Shown: positions 1-12,001 of the stretch, one piece after another | Layout: the number at the start of each line of letters is the position of its first letter | How positions within the stretch are numbered: position 1 is the stretch's first letter | NCBI GenBank assembly: GCA_030602565.1 | Contig: JAUVZL010000005.1 | Span: forward strand, 6,467-70,466 | Direction: 5' to 3' | From: Candidatus Stahliibacteriota bacterium | GTDB taxonomy: Bacteria > Hydrothermota > Tepidihabitantia > SM23-42 | Length of the DNA stretch: 64,000 bases | Position numbers and translations under genes: made by a program | The notes under the pieces: model-generated | The model's input: only the letters and a program-made list of their open reading frames with translations | Told to the model about the DNA's origin: nothing | The model's database searches: none

Positions 1-940
1 TACTGGCTTTCCTCTTGCCATGGCAATGGATCATTCTGGAAAACTATGGGTTGCCAATTCAAACAGCCATTTGATCAGTAAATTCACTTCTCAGGGCAGC
101 TTACTGCTGCGGTTTGCCGGAGGTTTTTCATTGCCTTCAGGCTTTGCCTTTGATAATTCAGGCAATATCTGGGTATCTGATAGATTGCATCACAAGATCA
201 AGAAGTTTAATCAAGATGGTGACAGTTTATTTGTATTTGGGACGCAAGGGACTGACCCTGGTGAAATCAATAGACCAATTGGTCTTGCATACTATGACGA
301 TAAATTGTATGTTGCGGATTCGCGCAATAAGCGGATATCTGTATTTGATACCCTTGGTAATTTTATTGAAATATTCGCTGATTCTACCACATTATCCATG
401 CCGTTCAGTATTGTCATAGACAGTGCCGGATGTCTTTTTGTCAGTGACTTTGTGGCACACCGAGTACTGGAATACGATCCCTTTGGTAATCCATTATACC
501 AAATTGATACCCTGCTCGATTCTCCGACAAGCCTTGCGCTATCACCTGATGCGAATATTCTATATGTATCTGATACCAGGAACAAACGTGTCCTTGCTTT
601 TCAAGTACGTGGCGAACCACCCGACAGCGGTGGTGGTCCGCAAGCATATGGTGATGCTTATATTGATAGATTGATGTTTGATGTATACCCGAGTTTGTCT
701 GCAAAACAAATGAATATCAGATTTCAAGGTTTTACCGGCAGGAAAATATCGCTAAAGGTCTACGACGTAACTGGTAGATTAGTCAAAACCTTCTATGATA
801 ATCAGATGATTAAGGCAAACCAGAGCATCGCCTGGGATTGCAAAGATGATATCAATAGAAAACTCGCCAATGGTGTTTATTTTGTGAGATTAATGACCGA
901 AGGCTTTCAGGAGACGAAAAAAGCAATACTACTAAAGTGA
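1..940 (+). CDS. NHL-repeat beta-propeller protein with C-terminal FlgD/T9SS-like sorting domain (5' partial)
   Basis: Repeated 'G.lwVaD..n.rI..f' NHL motifs; C-terminus 'KVYDVTGRLVK...LANGVYFVRL'. The frame is open from the window start. Confidence 0.85.
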   Translation, partial: TGFPLAMAMDHSGKLWVANSNSHLISKFTSQGSLLLRFAGGFSLPSGFAFDNSGNIWVSDRLHHKIKKFNQDGDSLFVFGTQGTDPGEINRPIGLAYYDDKLYVADSRNKRISVFDTLGNFIEIFADSTTLSMPFSIVIDSAGCLFVSDFVAHRVLEYDPFGNPLYQIDTLLDSPTSLALSPDANILYVSDTRNKRVLAFQVRGEPPDSGGGPQAYGDAYIDRLMFDVYPSLSAKQMNIRFQGFTGRKISLKVYDVTGRLVKTFYDNQMIKANQSIAWDCKDDINRKLANGVYFVRLMTEGFQETKKAILLK

Positions 941-999
941 TTTCGAACTGCTAATTAGCAGTTTTGCGTAGGGACATTTGCTTTTCGAATGAGTTTCGA

Positions 1000-1671
1000 T
1001 CAAGAATCAGGATGAGTCGAGAAATACTTCAGTATTGCATAATCTCTTTTATTCTTGTCACCCCGGCGATATGAATAAAAATATTCCGGATGGCATTTTG
1101 TGCAGAAATCAAGCGATGCAATAAGCTTCTCCTCACCGAGGTCTTCGATAATAGCTCCTTTGAGGTCGATAAAATATTTCCTGTTTCTGCGGATCACTGC
1201 GTTTTTATATTGCTGCGTGAAGAGTTCAGCAGTATCTTCCTTGACTTCATAACAGCAGGGCCCTATTGAGGCACCAAGGACATATTTATAATTATCCATA
1301 AATCGTTTAGCCCTTTTTGCTATCCCTTTAATAATGCCTTGCCACCCGCAGTGAATAATACAGATTTTTGTTTCGTTGAAAAGGTAGACTGGTAGACAAT
1401 CAGCTATTCTGACACCAAGCGCGAGATTGCTTCTCTGCGTTAATAAGCCGTCGCCGATGCGCGCGCTGTCTTTATCAACATTGATGATTATGTCTGAATG
1501 TATTTGTTTTAATAGAATTGGTTTGAACCGTTCAAGGAATCTTTTTTCAGTGCACTTTGTCGAATAAAACATAAGTCTATTGTCTGATTTGAACTGAAAG
1601 AACATCATGTCACCATCATTGATCAGTTCCCATGATGTTTTAGATGAACTTTTTATGTTACTCTGCATCAT
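1000..1671 (-). CDS. pgeF: Polyphenol oxidase/purine nucleoside phosphorylase YfiH (PgeF) family
   Basis: Motifs QIHS, GDGLLT, ADCLPV, IHCGWQG, IGPCCYEV, CTKC...YFYSYRR. Confidence 0.9.
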   Translation of the reverse strand: MMQSNIKSSSKTSWELINDGDMMFFQFKSDNRLMFYSTKCTEKRFLERFKPILLKQIHSDIIINVDKDSARIGDGLLTQRSNLALGVRIADCLPVYLFNETKICIIHCGWQGIIKGIAKRAKRFMDNYKYVLGASIGPCCYEVKEDTAELFTQQYKNAVIRRNRKYFIDLKGAIIEDLGEEKLIASLDFCTKCHPEYFYSYRRGDKNKRDYAILKYFSTHPDS

Positions 1672-1673
1672 TA

Positions 1674-3368
1674 CTATTGTGCGCTCTTTTTCATCTCCTT
1701 GATTTTGAGCACGGTTTTTTTCTTCCTGGTATATGAATCCTCAACTATCGAAAACAGACAATCCAGTCTGGTTTTCCCAGGTTCGATTTCCAGAATTTTG
1801 CCTGCCTGGCTATAGGCGATTACCCCGAAAGTCTTGCCACCGTCTCTTAAAGCGAATTTCAAATGATCATTGCCAACCACTCTTGGCACACCAACGACTT
1901 CCAGATTCGTACCCAAGAAAACTGGTTGAGGGTTTGCCAGACCAGTCGGCTCGAAGTACTTTAGGAAATACGCCACATCTTCAGTAATCTCATCCAAACT
2001 AATTTCCATATCGTAGGAGTGTTTCCTTTGAAAAATCGCCTCATCGAATTTTAGTGCATAGTCATTAATACATTGACGCAGTTGAGCGAGTTTTTCTATG
2101 CTCAATTCCAAGCCTGCTGCCTGGCTATGTCCACCGTATCTAATGAGTTGGTCCTGACACACACTGAGGGTCTCAGTGATGTCTAAATCAGGTATTGATC
2201 GAGCAGAACCTTTTGCTATATCCTCTTTCACCGATAGAATGATTGCTGGTTTGTACAATTCCTCAGATATTTTGGATGCCACAATTCCAACTACACCTTC
2301 GTGCCAGTTTTCTTTTCCAATAACGATTATTCTATCTTTGTCGAGCTGGTTTTCCTGAATTATGAATTTGGCTTCTTGGTAGATTGTGTCCTCGATCAAT
2401 CGCCTTTCCTGATTATCAGCAGAGAGGTTTTGTGCAAGCTTAGTTGCCTTTGTTTGGTCATTCGTCAAGAAAAGTTCTAAAGCCTCTTTTGCATCACGCA
2501 TCCGACCACAAGCATTGATTCTGGGACCTATTATGAACCCCAGATGATATGACGTCAACTCATCTCTTAAGCCAGTTTCTTTTAGCATTGCTTGTAGCCC
2601 TGTCCTTTTGCTCTTTGTGATTTTCTTCAAACCATACTTAACAAACACGCGATTTTCATCAATCAGGGGTACGACGTCAACAACGCTTCCTAAAGCGACA
2701 AGGTCCAAGTCTTCATAAGCTGTTTCAACCGGCTGCTTCATCTTAGTGTATAAACCCTGGATCATCTTGAATGCCACACCAACGCCAGCCAGTTCTTTAA
2801 ATGGGTAGTTGTCGCCTGGTAGTTTCGGATCCAGTATCGCATATGCATCTGGCAGTATTGCCTGGGGTTTGTGATGGTCGCAGATAATCACATCAACATT
2901 ACTTTTCTTTGCCTGCAAAACCTCTTCTACTGCGGTAATCCCACAGTCAACAGTTATTATCAAAGTACATCCGCTTTCTATCGCACGGCTAATGCCCTTA
3001 GGCGAAAGACCATAACCTTCGATAATACGATGGGGTATGTGATAGTCAACATCGAGCCCAAATTTCCTGAGGTTGCCGATAACAAGAGCTGAACCAGTAA
3101 TACCATCTGCATCATAATCGCCATGAACAAGGACTTTTTCGTTATTATTTACAGCTTTAATGACCCTATCTACTGCTTTTTCCATACCACCCAATAAAAA
3201 AGGATTGTACAGGTCAGATAAAGATGGAACAAAATACCTTTCTATTTTTTCTGGCGTGTCATAACCGCGGCTTTTCAAAACCTGAACAATAATCCCGGGT
3301 ATTTTCTTACCCCGTATTTCCAGATCACTTGCATCAACAGTTTGATTTTTTAAAATCCACTCACTCAA
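1674..3368 (-). CDS. recJ: Single-stranded DNA exonuclease RecJ
   Basis: HGDYDADG, TVDCG, DHH, LAGVGVAF, GPRINACGR, GGHSQAAG motifs. Confidence 0.97.
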   Translation of the reverse strand: MSEWILKNQTVDASDLEIRGKKIPGIIVQVLKSRGYDTPEKIERYFVPSLSDLYNPFLLGGMEKAVDRVIKAVNNNEKVLVHGDYDADGITGSALVIGNLRKFGLDVDYHIPHRIIEGYGLSPKGISRAIESGCTLIITVDCGITAVEEVLQAKKSNVDVIICDHHKPQAILPDAYAILDPKLPGDNYPFKELAGVGVAFKMIQGLYTKMKQPVETAYEDLDLVALGSVVDVVPLIDENRVFVKYGLKKITKSKRTGLQAMLKETGLRDELTSYHLGFIIGPRINACGRMRDAKEALELFLTNDQTKATKLAQNLSADNQERRLIEDTIYQEAKFIIQENQLDKDRIIVIGKENWHEGVVGIVASKISEELYKPAIILSVKEDIAKGSARSIPDLDITETLSVCQDQLIRYGGHSQAAGLELSIEKLAQLRQCINDYALKFDEAIFQRKHSYDMEISLDEITEDVAYFLKYFEPTGLANPQPVFLGTNLEVVGVPRVVGNDHLKFALRDGGKTFGVIAYSQAGKILEIEPGKTRLDCLFSIVEDSYTRKKKTVLKIKEMKKSAQ

Positions 3369-3401
3369 AATCTCTCCTTAGATTTAACCATTTAACCAAA
3401 T

Positions 3402-3822
3402 CGTGGGGTGACCTGTAAGCCGGGTTCTGTCTTGGATAGCCATTTATCTTGGCATAGCATCACTACTATGCTCTGTGCAACCTACCCACCCCGTTCCCGC
3501 AAGGTGCGGAATGAAACGGGCAATTTCATACGGGGCTTATTTGGTTTTGCTTCAGATGGGGTTTACCCTGCCTTTAGTGTCGCCACTAAAGCGGTGAGCT
3601 CTTACCTCGCCATTTCACCCTTACCCCCACACTTTTATAAAAAGTATAAGGGCGGTATATTTTCTGTGGCACTTTCCCCCCGCACCTACACCCTCACCTC
3701 ATTCCTCTCCCATCAAGGGAGAGGAAGAAATTGAAAGGTGCGAGACCTTCCAGTTAGGAAGCATCCTGCCCTTTGAAGCCCGGACTTTCCTCTCACATAG
3801 AGCGGCTATCCAGCCACCCCAC
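3402..3822 (-). ncRNA. rnpB: RNase P RNA (type A)
   Basis: Minus strand has GAGGAAAGTCCGGGC, AGTGCCACAGAAAA, GGGTAAACCCC and ACAGAACCCGGCTTA; P1 ends GTGGGGTG/CACCCCAC pair. Confidence 0.97.
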
Positions 3823-3827
3823 GAATA

Positions 3828-3856
3828 AGTATAAGCAAAAGAATCAGTTATGTCAA
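3828..3856 (-). promoter_or_regulatory. Sigma70 promoter of rnpB (TTGACA-17-TATACT)
   Basis: Near-consensus hexamers just upstream of the P1 5' end. Confidence 0.75.
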
Positions 3857-5820
3857 TAATGCATTGATAGACGCCCGAAAAACGTGCGTCCGGGCATAGG
3901 ATAGTCCAAATCATTCATCGTATAGCCAAATTGAGTGGCATAACCCTGGTCTAACAAGTTCTTTACGCCGATTGATAGGGTTAGATATTTAAACAATTGT
4001 CTGCTCAAATTTGCATTGAGAACGAAATAAGGATCAAGTGTCTTCATATCCATAGTCACATTAGGATAGTCGTCATCACTATTTGGATAGTAGTTAACCC
4101 GTGCTGTAACATAAGAACCAGTAAGATTTACTCTATATTTGTCAGGCAGATTAAAACTAATCGTTGATGACATGCTATATCTTGGTGTGCAAACAGCATC
4201 TCTTTCTATTTCTTTAAGGACCGTAGACCCGGTGTCGACCTTCCAGTTATCATAAATTACCTCGGTGTTTTTTTGACGGGCATTGAGAAAAGTAGCCTCG
4301 ACAGAAATACCTATCATGTCACTTATTTCTGTTTTTGCCTCAACATCCACACCTTTTATCGAAACATAATTTACATTTTTAGGCTGCCAGTCCGAAGGAT
4401 TTGCAAGTGGATCATCAGACGGTAACCAGAAAATTCTGTCTTTTACATTGCGCATAAATAAAGACAAAGCGATAAACGAACTGTTCATTGGAGAACTTTC
4501 AAGCCTTAATTCATATGCCCAGCCATGCTCTGGTTTAAGATCAAGGTTTCCCGAACCAGGCCAGAACAAATCATTGAATGTCGGCGCCCTGAATGCCTTG
4601 CCCATCGAAATCTTCGCCCAGAGGTTGTCCATAATCGGAGTGACAAGACCGACTGCTGGTGATAGAAAGTAATCGTATCTTGAATTCCAGTCCAACCTCA
4701 TACTCGGCGCAAATATGAAATGCTCGATTTTGTGTTTCAATTCAAACCAGGCACCTATATTATATGAAGAAGCATTCCATACTGTATCACGGTAGCGTTC
4801 AGAGGTTTCAGTTGTTTCAAGTGTATCATAGTGTGCATCAATACCAAAAACCACTTCAGTGCTATTCATGCTGATCTGCGCCATTGTATTAGAACCGAGT
4901 GTGTAGGTAAGATAATCATAATCAGTGTCTATGGTATCCTGATTATACCCGATAAAAGCAGTGTGGAATTGAATTAAGCGACGGTCAGCAAAAAAGGTAT
5001 TGGTCAAACCAAAACCATCTGATATGTCCCATTTGACGCAGACATTACCGAGTAGGCTATTGTCCTTTTCTCGGTCCAAAAGAGAAGCTGAGCTTGAGTC
5101 AGCAAGCATTGGTCCGGGGATTCCGTAGTCTTTGTTATTATAGGTGAACGTTGAAATGATCTTCGCCTTATCTGGTTTATAACTGAACGAACCTGTAAAA
5201 TAATAACCAGTATAATCGCTATTATCCCTAAAACCATCTGAAGCACTATATGTTCCTGCCGCATCAAAAGTCGTCTTGCCAATAGGTAGACCCACCTTCA
5301 CGAACAATTCTTTTGATTGAAAAGGCATCTCCAGACCTGTTGTTGCTGGATAGAATAAGGCTTTGAATTCCGGCTTTTTGTAATCCTTTGTGGTTATGAT
5401 ATTTACTGCACCACCAATACCATTTGCTCCGTATAAGCTCGAAACCGGACCTTTAACGATTTCAATGCGCTCAACCGTATTAATATTTATCGCACTCAAA
5501 TCAGCCATACCTACGGTTATCAAATTCAAAGGGTGACCATTTACAAGCACCAGGGTTCCATTTGCGGGTATCCCACGTATCGATATGCTCGATACTGAAC
5601 CAGGGTTACCATAGTCTTTGATATCTGCACCAACATAAGCCTGCAAGACTTCACCAACACTTATCGCATTAAGCTTATCAAGCTCCTCTTTATCAATGAC
5701 TACCGTTGCCAATGCAATATCCTGTAATGCGGCAGGGTAACGCGTGGCAGTTACCACAATCTCATCTAATTCATAGATGGGTTGGGCAACCAACATAACA
5801 AGAAAAACCAAAGGGATCAT
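3853..5820 (-). CDS. btuB: TonB-dependent receptor, probably vitamin B12 transporter
   Basis: TonB-box region 'LDEIVVTATR', plug 'IERIEIVKGPVSSLYGANGIGG', C-terminal 'PGRTFFGRLSMHY'; upstream cobalamin riboswitch. True start taken as ATG 5820 after GGAGG; the ORF track's extension to 5973 reads through the riboswitch. Confidence 0.88.
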   Translation of the reverse strand: MIPLVFLVMLVAQPIYELDEIVVTATRYPAALQDIALATVVIDKEELDKLNAISVGEVLQAYVGADIKDYGNPGSVSSISIRGIPANGTLVLVNGHPLNLITVGMADLSAININTVERIEIVKGPVSSLYGANGIGGAVNIITTKDYKKPEFKALFYPATTGLEMPFQSKELFVKVGLPIGKTTFDAAGTYSASDGFRDNSDYTGYYFTGSFSYKPDKAKIISTFTYNNKDYGIPGPMLADSSSASLLDREKDNSLLGNVCVKWDISDGFGLTNTFFADRRLIQFHTAFIGYNQDTIDTDYDYLTYTLGSNTMAQISMNSTEVVFGIDAHYDTLETTETSERYRDTVWNASSYNIGAWFELKHKIEHFIFAPSMRLDWNSRYDYFLSPAVGLVTPIMDNLWAKISMGKAFRAPTFNDLFWPGSGNLDLKPEHGWAYELRLESSPMNSSFIALSLFMRNVKDRIFWLPSDDPLANPSDWQPKNVNYVSIKGVDVEAKTEISDMIGISVEATFLNARQKNTEVIYDNWKVDTGSTVLKEIERDAVCTPRYSMSSTISFNLPDKYRVNLTGSYVTARVNYYPNSDDDYPNVTMDMKTLDPYFVLNANLSRQLFKYLTLSIGVKNLLDQGYATQFGYTMNDLDYPMPGRTFFGRLSMHY

Positions 5821-5857
5821 TGTTGCCTCCTTTCGTCCGAAGGATCTCTCCTGTGAT

Positions 5858-6026
5858 GTTGATGGATAGGTCTCCTGGCTTATCCAACTCTCATCAACCT
5901 TCCCGCTCCGCCCTTTGAAGTTAAAAGGCGGCAGCAGTGGTTTTCTGCGACGAGAGTTACTTATTGGAATCACAGTGGCGGCGACCGCGGCCGATTCTCA
6001 CGGCGCTTCCCTTGAATCCATCAACT
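5858..6026 (-). promoter_or_regulatory. Cobalamin (B12) riboswitch
   Basis: Minus strand AGGGAA-GCGCC-GTGAGAATC...CCGCCACTGT...CCACTG...GGGAAGG...AAGCCAGGAGACCT; P1 GTTGATGGA/TCCATCAAC. Confidence 0.93.
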
Positions 6027-6120
6027 AATCTAATATATTCAAAAAAGCCATAATGTCAATAGAATTTAAGTGCGATTAATTCTATTTGAAATAATCATGT
6101 CTATTTCTGATTCAATATCT

Positions 6121-7434
6121 TTAAGCGTGTCTGAATTTCAACATAATCAACCTTCTAATTGATTCAAAATTACTAATGATCGCTAAAATTGCCAATGTAA
6201 TAAGAATCTGATTACTTAGTGCGCCCAGAAAAATTAGAAATAGCCTGACATCTCTTCCCATTCTCCATTTATTGGTTTTTTCTATTCGGTTCTTAAAAAT
6301 CGCGTCATATTTATCAGCGGTATAGCTATTCAAAAAGCTCCCCACCAAAGCCGCGAAACCGATGGTCCAAATAACGATGTCATTATGTAATAGCCAATGA
6401 CCATGAATCATCCCGAAAATAATTATCGCATCTGCATATCTATCTAAAACTGCATCAAACCATCCACCATATCTTGTCTGTATAAGTTTCAATCGTGCGA
6501 CTTCACCATCACAACCGTCGATAATGGATGACAATTGAACCAAAATCCCACCAATGATGAGAAAGATATATTCTCCGACATAAAAAAATAGCGCACCGAA
6601 AAAACTAGTAATAAAACTTACTAATGAAATTTGATTGGGGGTTATTTTTGTTTTTAAAAGCAACTCAGATATTTTGATTGAAATAGGTCTATTCAATATT
6701 CTGGAGATAGGGCCGTCTGTATTTTTTCTTAATCGTTCAATCAACAAAGATTTGGCATTTTTCAAAGCGCTGTCATCGTCCACATCTAACCAGTATTTAT
6801 TAGAAATATCAAACACTTTCATTTTATGACGGTTTGCTAGAATCCTCATTCCGGCAGCTAAACTGTCGTTTCCGCTATCAATACTTTGTTCAAGCGTATC
6901 GAAAATTACTGGTGTGCATAAAAAAATACCGGTATCAATTCCATTATAGTTGTTAAGTTGTTTGCCAATATCTTTGATTTGACCATCTTCCATAAAAACT
7001 TTCGTAGCATCCTTTACATCTAAATATTTATGATGATTTTTATCCACACAAAGAACACATACATCATCTTCAATTGTTTGTTCTTGAAGTTCAAATAAGA
7101 TTTTATCATCAAACAGATGGTCAGCCATTAAAAGAATAAAGGGCTCATGGAGATAGTCTTTTGCCTTAAGAACTGAAACACCATTTCCTTTTCTCCACTC
7201 TGCATTATGAATATAATCAATTTCTACTCCTAATTTGTCTCCGTTTCTTAAATGTTTTCTGATTTTTCCTGCATTATAGCCTGTGACAATCAGAAATTCT
7301 TTGATACCTGATTTTTTAGCGGTCAAAATTACTCTTTCGATAAAGCTCAATCCCAACAAAGGAATTAACGGTTTCGAATCACCGTTTTCTTTTTGTCTTC
7401 GCCCCTGTCCTGCCGCTAATATTAATGCTTTCAA
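6121..7434 (-). CDS. Bifunctional nucleotidyltransferase / CDP-alcohol phosphotransferase (IPCT/DIPPS-like)
   Basis: N-terminal LILAAGQGRR..KPL NTP-transferase domain; C-terminal DGCDGEVAR...GGWFDAVLDRYAD motif; TTG start after AGGAGG. Confidence 0.85.
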   Translation of the reverse strand: MKALILAAGQGRRQKENGDSKPLIPLLGLSFIERVILTAKKSGIKEFLIVTGYNAGKIRKHLRNGDKLGVEIDYIHNAEWRKGNGVSVLKAKDYLHEPFILLMADHLFDDKILFELQEQTIEDDVCVLCVDKNHHKYLDVKDATKVFMEDGQIKDIGKQLNNYNGIDTGIFLCTPVIFDTLEQSIDSGNDSLAAGMRILANRHKMKVFDISNKYWLDVDDDSALKNAKSLLIERLRKNTDGPISRILNRPISIKISELLLKTKITPNQISLVSFITSFFGALFFYVGEYIFLIIGGILVQLSSIIDGCDGEVARLKLIQTRYGGWFDAVLDRYADAIIIFGMIHGHWLLHNDIVIWTIGFAALVGSFLNSYTADKYDAIFKNRIEKTNKWRMGRDVRLFLIFLGALSNQILITLAILAIISNFESIRRLIMLKFRHA

Positions 7435-7948
7435 TATATTGACCTCCTTTCTCTGCGTCCGTTCCTTCTCTTGGTTGAGTTCTAATATACAGTGATTACT
7501 TTTTACCCTTGAGTTTTTATACGCTTTGTTTTAGCCGTACAAACAAGTCACATACTATTTGATGAACTTCTATCTTCCATTTTTCTTCTTATAGTAATGA
7601 TATCCATTTTTGAAGTAATGTCAATGAAAATATCAATGCACATGCTTTATGATATATGGTATTAAATACACTCATTCTATGCAGAGAATCGGCATTGTTT
7701 GAGTAAGATTCTATTTTGAGGAAAGACGCCAAGGGCAACGCCGCTTATACTGATTACCAAAACAGCACAACGATCGCTGAAGCTCATGATAACTGGAATA
7801 GAACAAGACTCTACGACAATGTCCGCAATGTTTGTATGATGGTAGATTGACGATACAGAACGTTTCTACTTATACTACGGATTTGCCTAAACCCATTTGC
7901 TGGTATTGTTCTGTACACTTTTAAAAAATCTCGAGAGAACTACAGCAT

Positions 7949-9168
7949 TTAAAACAGACCCAATTGTGATTCTTTCGGTTTTTCTTCCTCAAATATCTTT
8001 ACTGTACCGAATTCACCATCATAACCCGGGTTTATTATAAGATCACCCCTCCGTACGCGGTCAATTGCAATTGCGATTCTTTCATCCGTATTGTTCTTTA
8101 GATCATGGATCGAGGTATTCAACAATATCTCAAATTCGCTGCCAAAAATATTGCACAGTCTGCGATATTCATTTTTTACCCCCACTGTATCTCGACCACA
8201 ACCCTTTGCTTCGGCGATAATTTCTTCCAATGGAATCATCTTTTTGTAAGGTATTGAATCTTCCGGCACAAACCCATCATCTCGGTCAGAAAGCGATTCA
8301 ATCCGATGTAATACGCCGATCGTAAGACTGCGCGAGCAGACTGGACAAAGGTTATTATTGAACCGCGCCTCTTTGGGTGATAACCTTACATCGCACTTGC
8401 GGTGTCCGTCATAATGGTATTTACCTTCTTCTGGATGGAACTCAATAGTATACAGGAATTTCTCTTTGTCCTTATTCTTTAAGACATCACGCAGTTGAAA
8501 GTAATCCAGGTCTTCTTTAAATACATTTACCTCACGACCCAAGCGCGATGGTGAATGGGCATCAGAGTTCGAGACCAAAGTATAATTATCTAATACTGAT
8601 ATACGCCAGTTCATTCCTGGATCTGAAGATAGTCCGGTTTCCGCGGCAAAAAAATCGTCTTTGAGATCACCAAAACATTCTTCTATTGAGTCAAAACCTG
8701 AATTGGCTCCAAAAAGAGAAAACCAGGGTGTCCAGATGTGAGCTGGGATCAGAAAAACATCTGATGATATATCAAGCAATGCTTTAAACATCTCATAGGT
8801 ATCAAGCGACAATATCGGCCTTCCATCAGAGGCAAGTTTTCCATAACGGGTCAAATAAGCATTGACTTTCTCCACGGTGGCAAAATCAGGAGCAAATATG
8901 AGGTTGTGTAAACGACGCAGCTTGCCTTTTTTAGTATATATATTGTTAACCTCAACATTCAGTATGAATTTCACGCCGCCATGTTCATAAATACCTTTAC
9001 CCGCTGTTTTTAGACTTGCTTTCAATTCCTTGAGCCATTGAGGATGGGTGAAATCACCTGTTGCAACCATGTTAATGCCCTTGAGCTTGGCATATTCAGC
9101 GATCTTGGGGATCATCATTTCTTTGGATGTTGCCCTTGAATACCGTGAATGAATGTGCAAATCAGCGA

Positions 9169-9172
<4 letters not shown>
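7949..9172 (-). CDS. Endonuclease Q family PHP-domain protein
   Basis: ADLHIHSRYSRATS, TGDFTHP, PAHIWTPW, ETGLSSD, SNSDAHS and zinc motif GHRKC...CPVC. Confidence 0.9.
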
Positions 9173-11377
<2,205 letters not shown>

Positions 11378-11407
11378 TTATACTGATTTTTCCACTAACG
11401 TCAAGTA

Positions 11408-11468
11408 GGCTGTTGGGGTCAAATCTTGACAGGGTAACCGGGAATGTCGAGATTTGACCCCAACAGCC
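11408..11468. repeat. Inverted-repeat element (24-bp arms, one mismatch)
   Basis: GGCTGTTGGGGTCAAATCTTGACA ... TGTCGAGATTTGACCCCAACAGCC. Confidence 0.85.
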
Positions 11469-11475
11469 CAACACA

Positions 11476-11865
11476 CTACGGTACAAACCAAAGTCCAGAG
11501 ATTTCGTTCGCATTATTAAAAACCACCTTAATGTTAATCGTCGATTTCTCAAATTCACAGGCTACGAATACAATGTTAAAACCTTGTTCTTGTGTCTGCC
11601 GAACGCCAGTTTGTTTCTTAAAAGACCCGCTTTGTGCAAGTAACTCCTGCCACACCTCCTGAAGTTTTGCTTCAGACATCACGCCTTTCATTGTACTATC
11701 AAAATTCTTTACTGCATTAGTAAAATCTTCCTTTACGAGTGACTCAACAAATCCTGTTGCTAAAGGAGTAAGGTCACCGACCTTTGGACCATCCTTTTTC
11801 TCACCGCAAGAAATAAAGGAAATCATTAAAACCAACGCCGATATTAGCAGAACGTAAATCTTCAT
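11476..11865 (-). CDS. Small lipoprotein, DUF3887-like
   Basis: Lipobox 'ISFISC'; 'FVESLVKEDF..AVKNFD..MK...KLQEVWQ' pattern; start inferred after GGGGTG. Confidence 0.65.
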   Translation of the reverse strand: MKIYVLLISALVLMISFISCGEKKDGPKVGDLTPLATGFVESLVKEDFTNAVKNFDSTMKGVMSEAKLQEVWQELLAQSGSFKKQTGVRQTQEQGFNIVFVACEFEKSTINIKVVFNNANEISGLWFVP

Positions 11866-12001
11866 CACATTCACCCCCTTCTTAATTACATTCTCTAAGA
11901 AGATTATATCGAGAAACAACTCTGTGTCAATCGGTCAGCTTGACAAACCAGTACTCATCACTACACTTGTTTTGAAAAGTCACTGGAAAACAGGAGAAAA
12001 T

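Noticed and set aside
3408-3914. ORFs 3408-3734 and 3699-3914
   Set aside because: They overlap rnpB; spurious
5821-5973. N-terminal extension of the TonB receptor in the ORF track
   Set aside because: It reads through the cobalamin riboswitch; the SD and signal peptide point to ATG 5820
7715-7850. Short + strand open stretch (KDAKGNAAYTDYQN...) in the 7435-7948 gap
   Set aside because: About 45 codons, no clear start or RBS, no recognisable motif; possibly a remnant but unsupported
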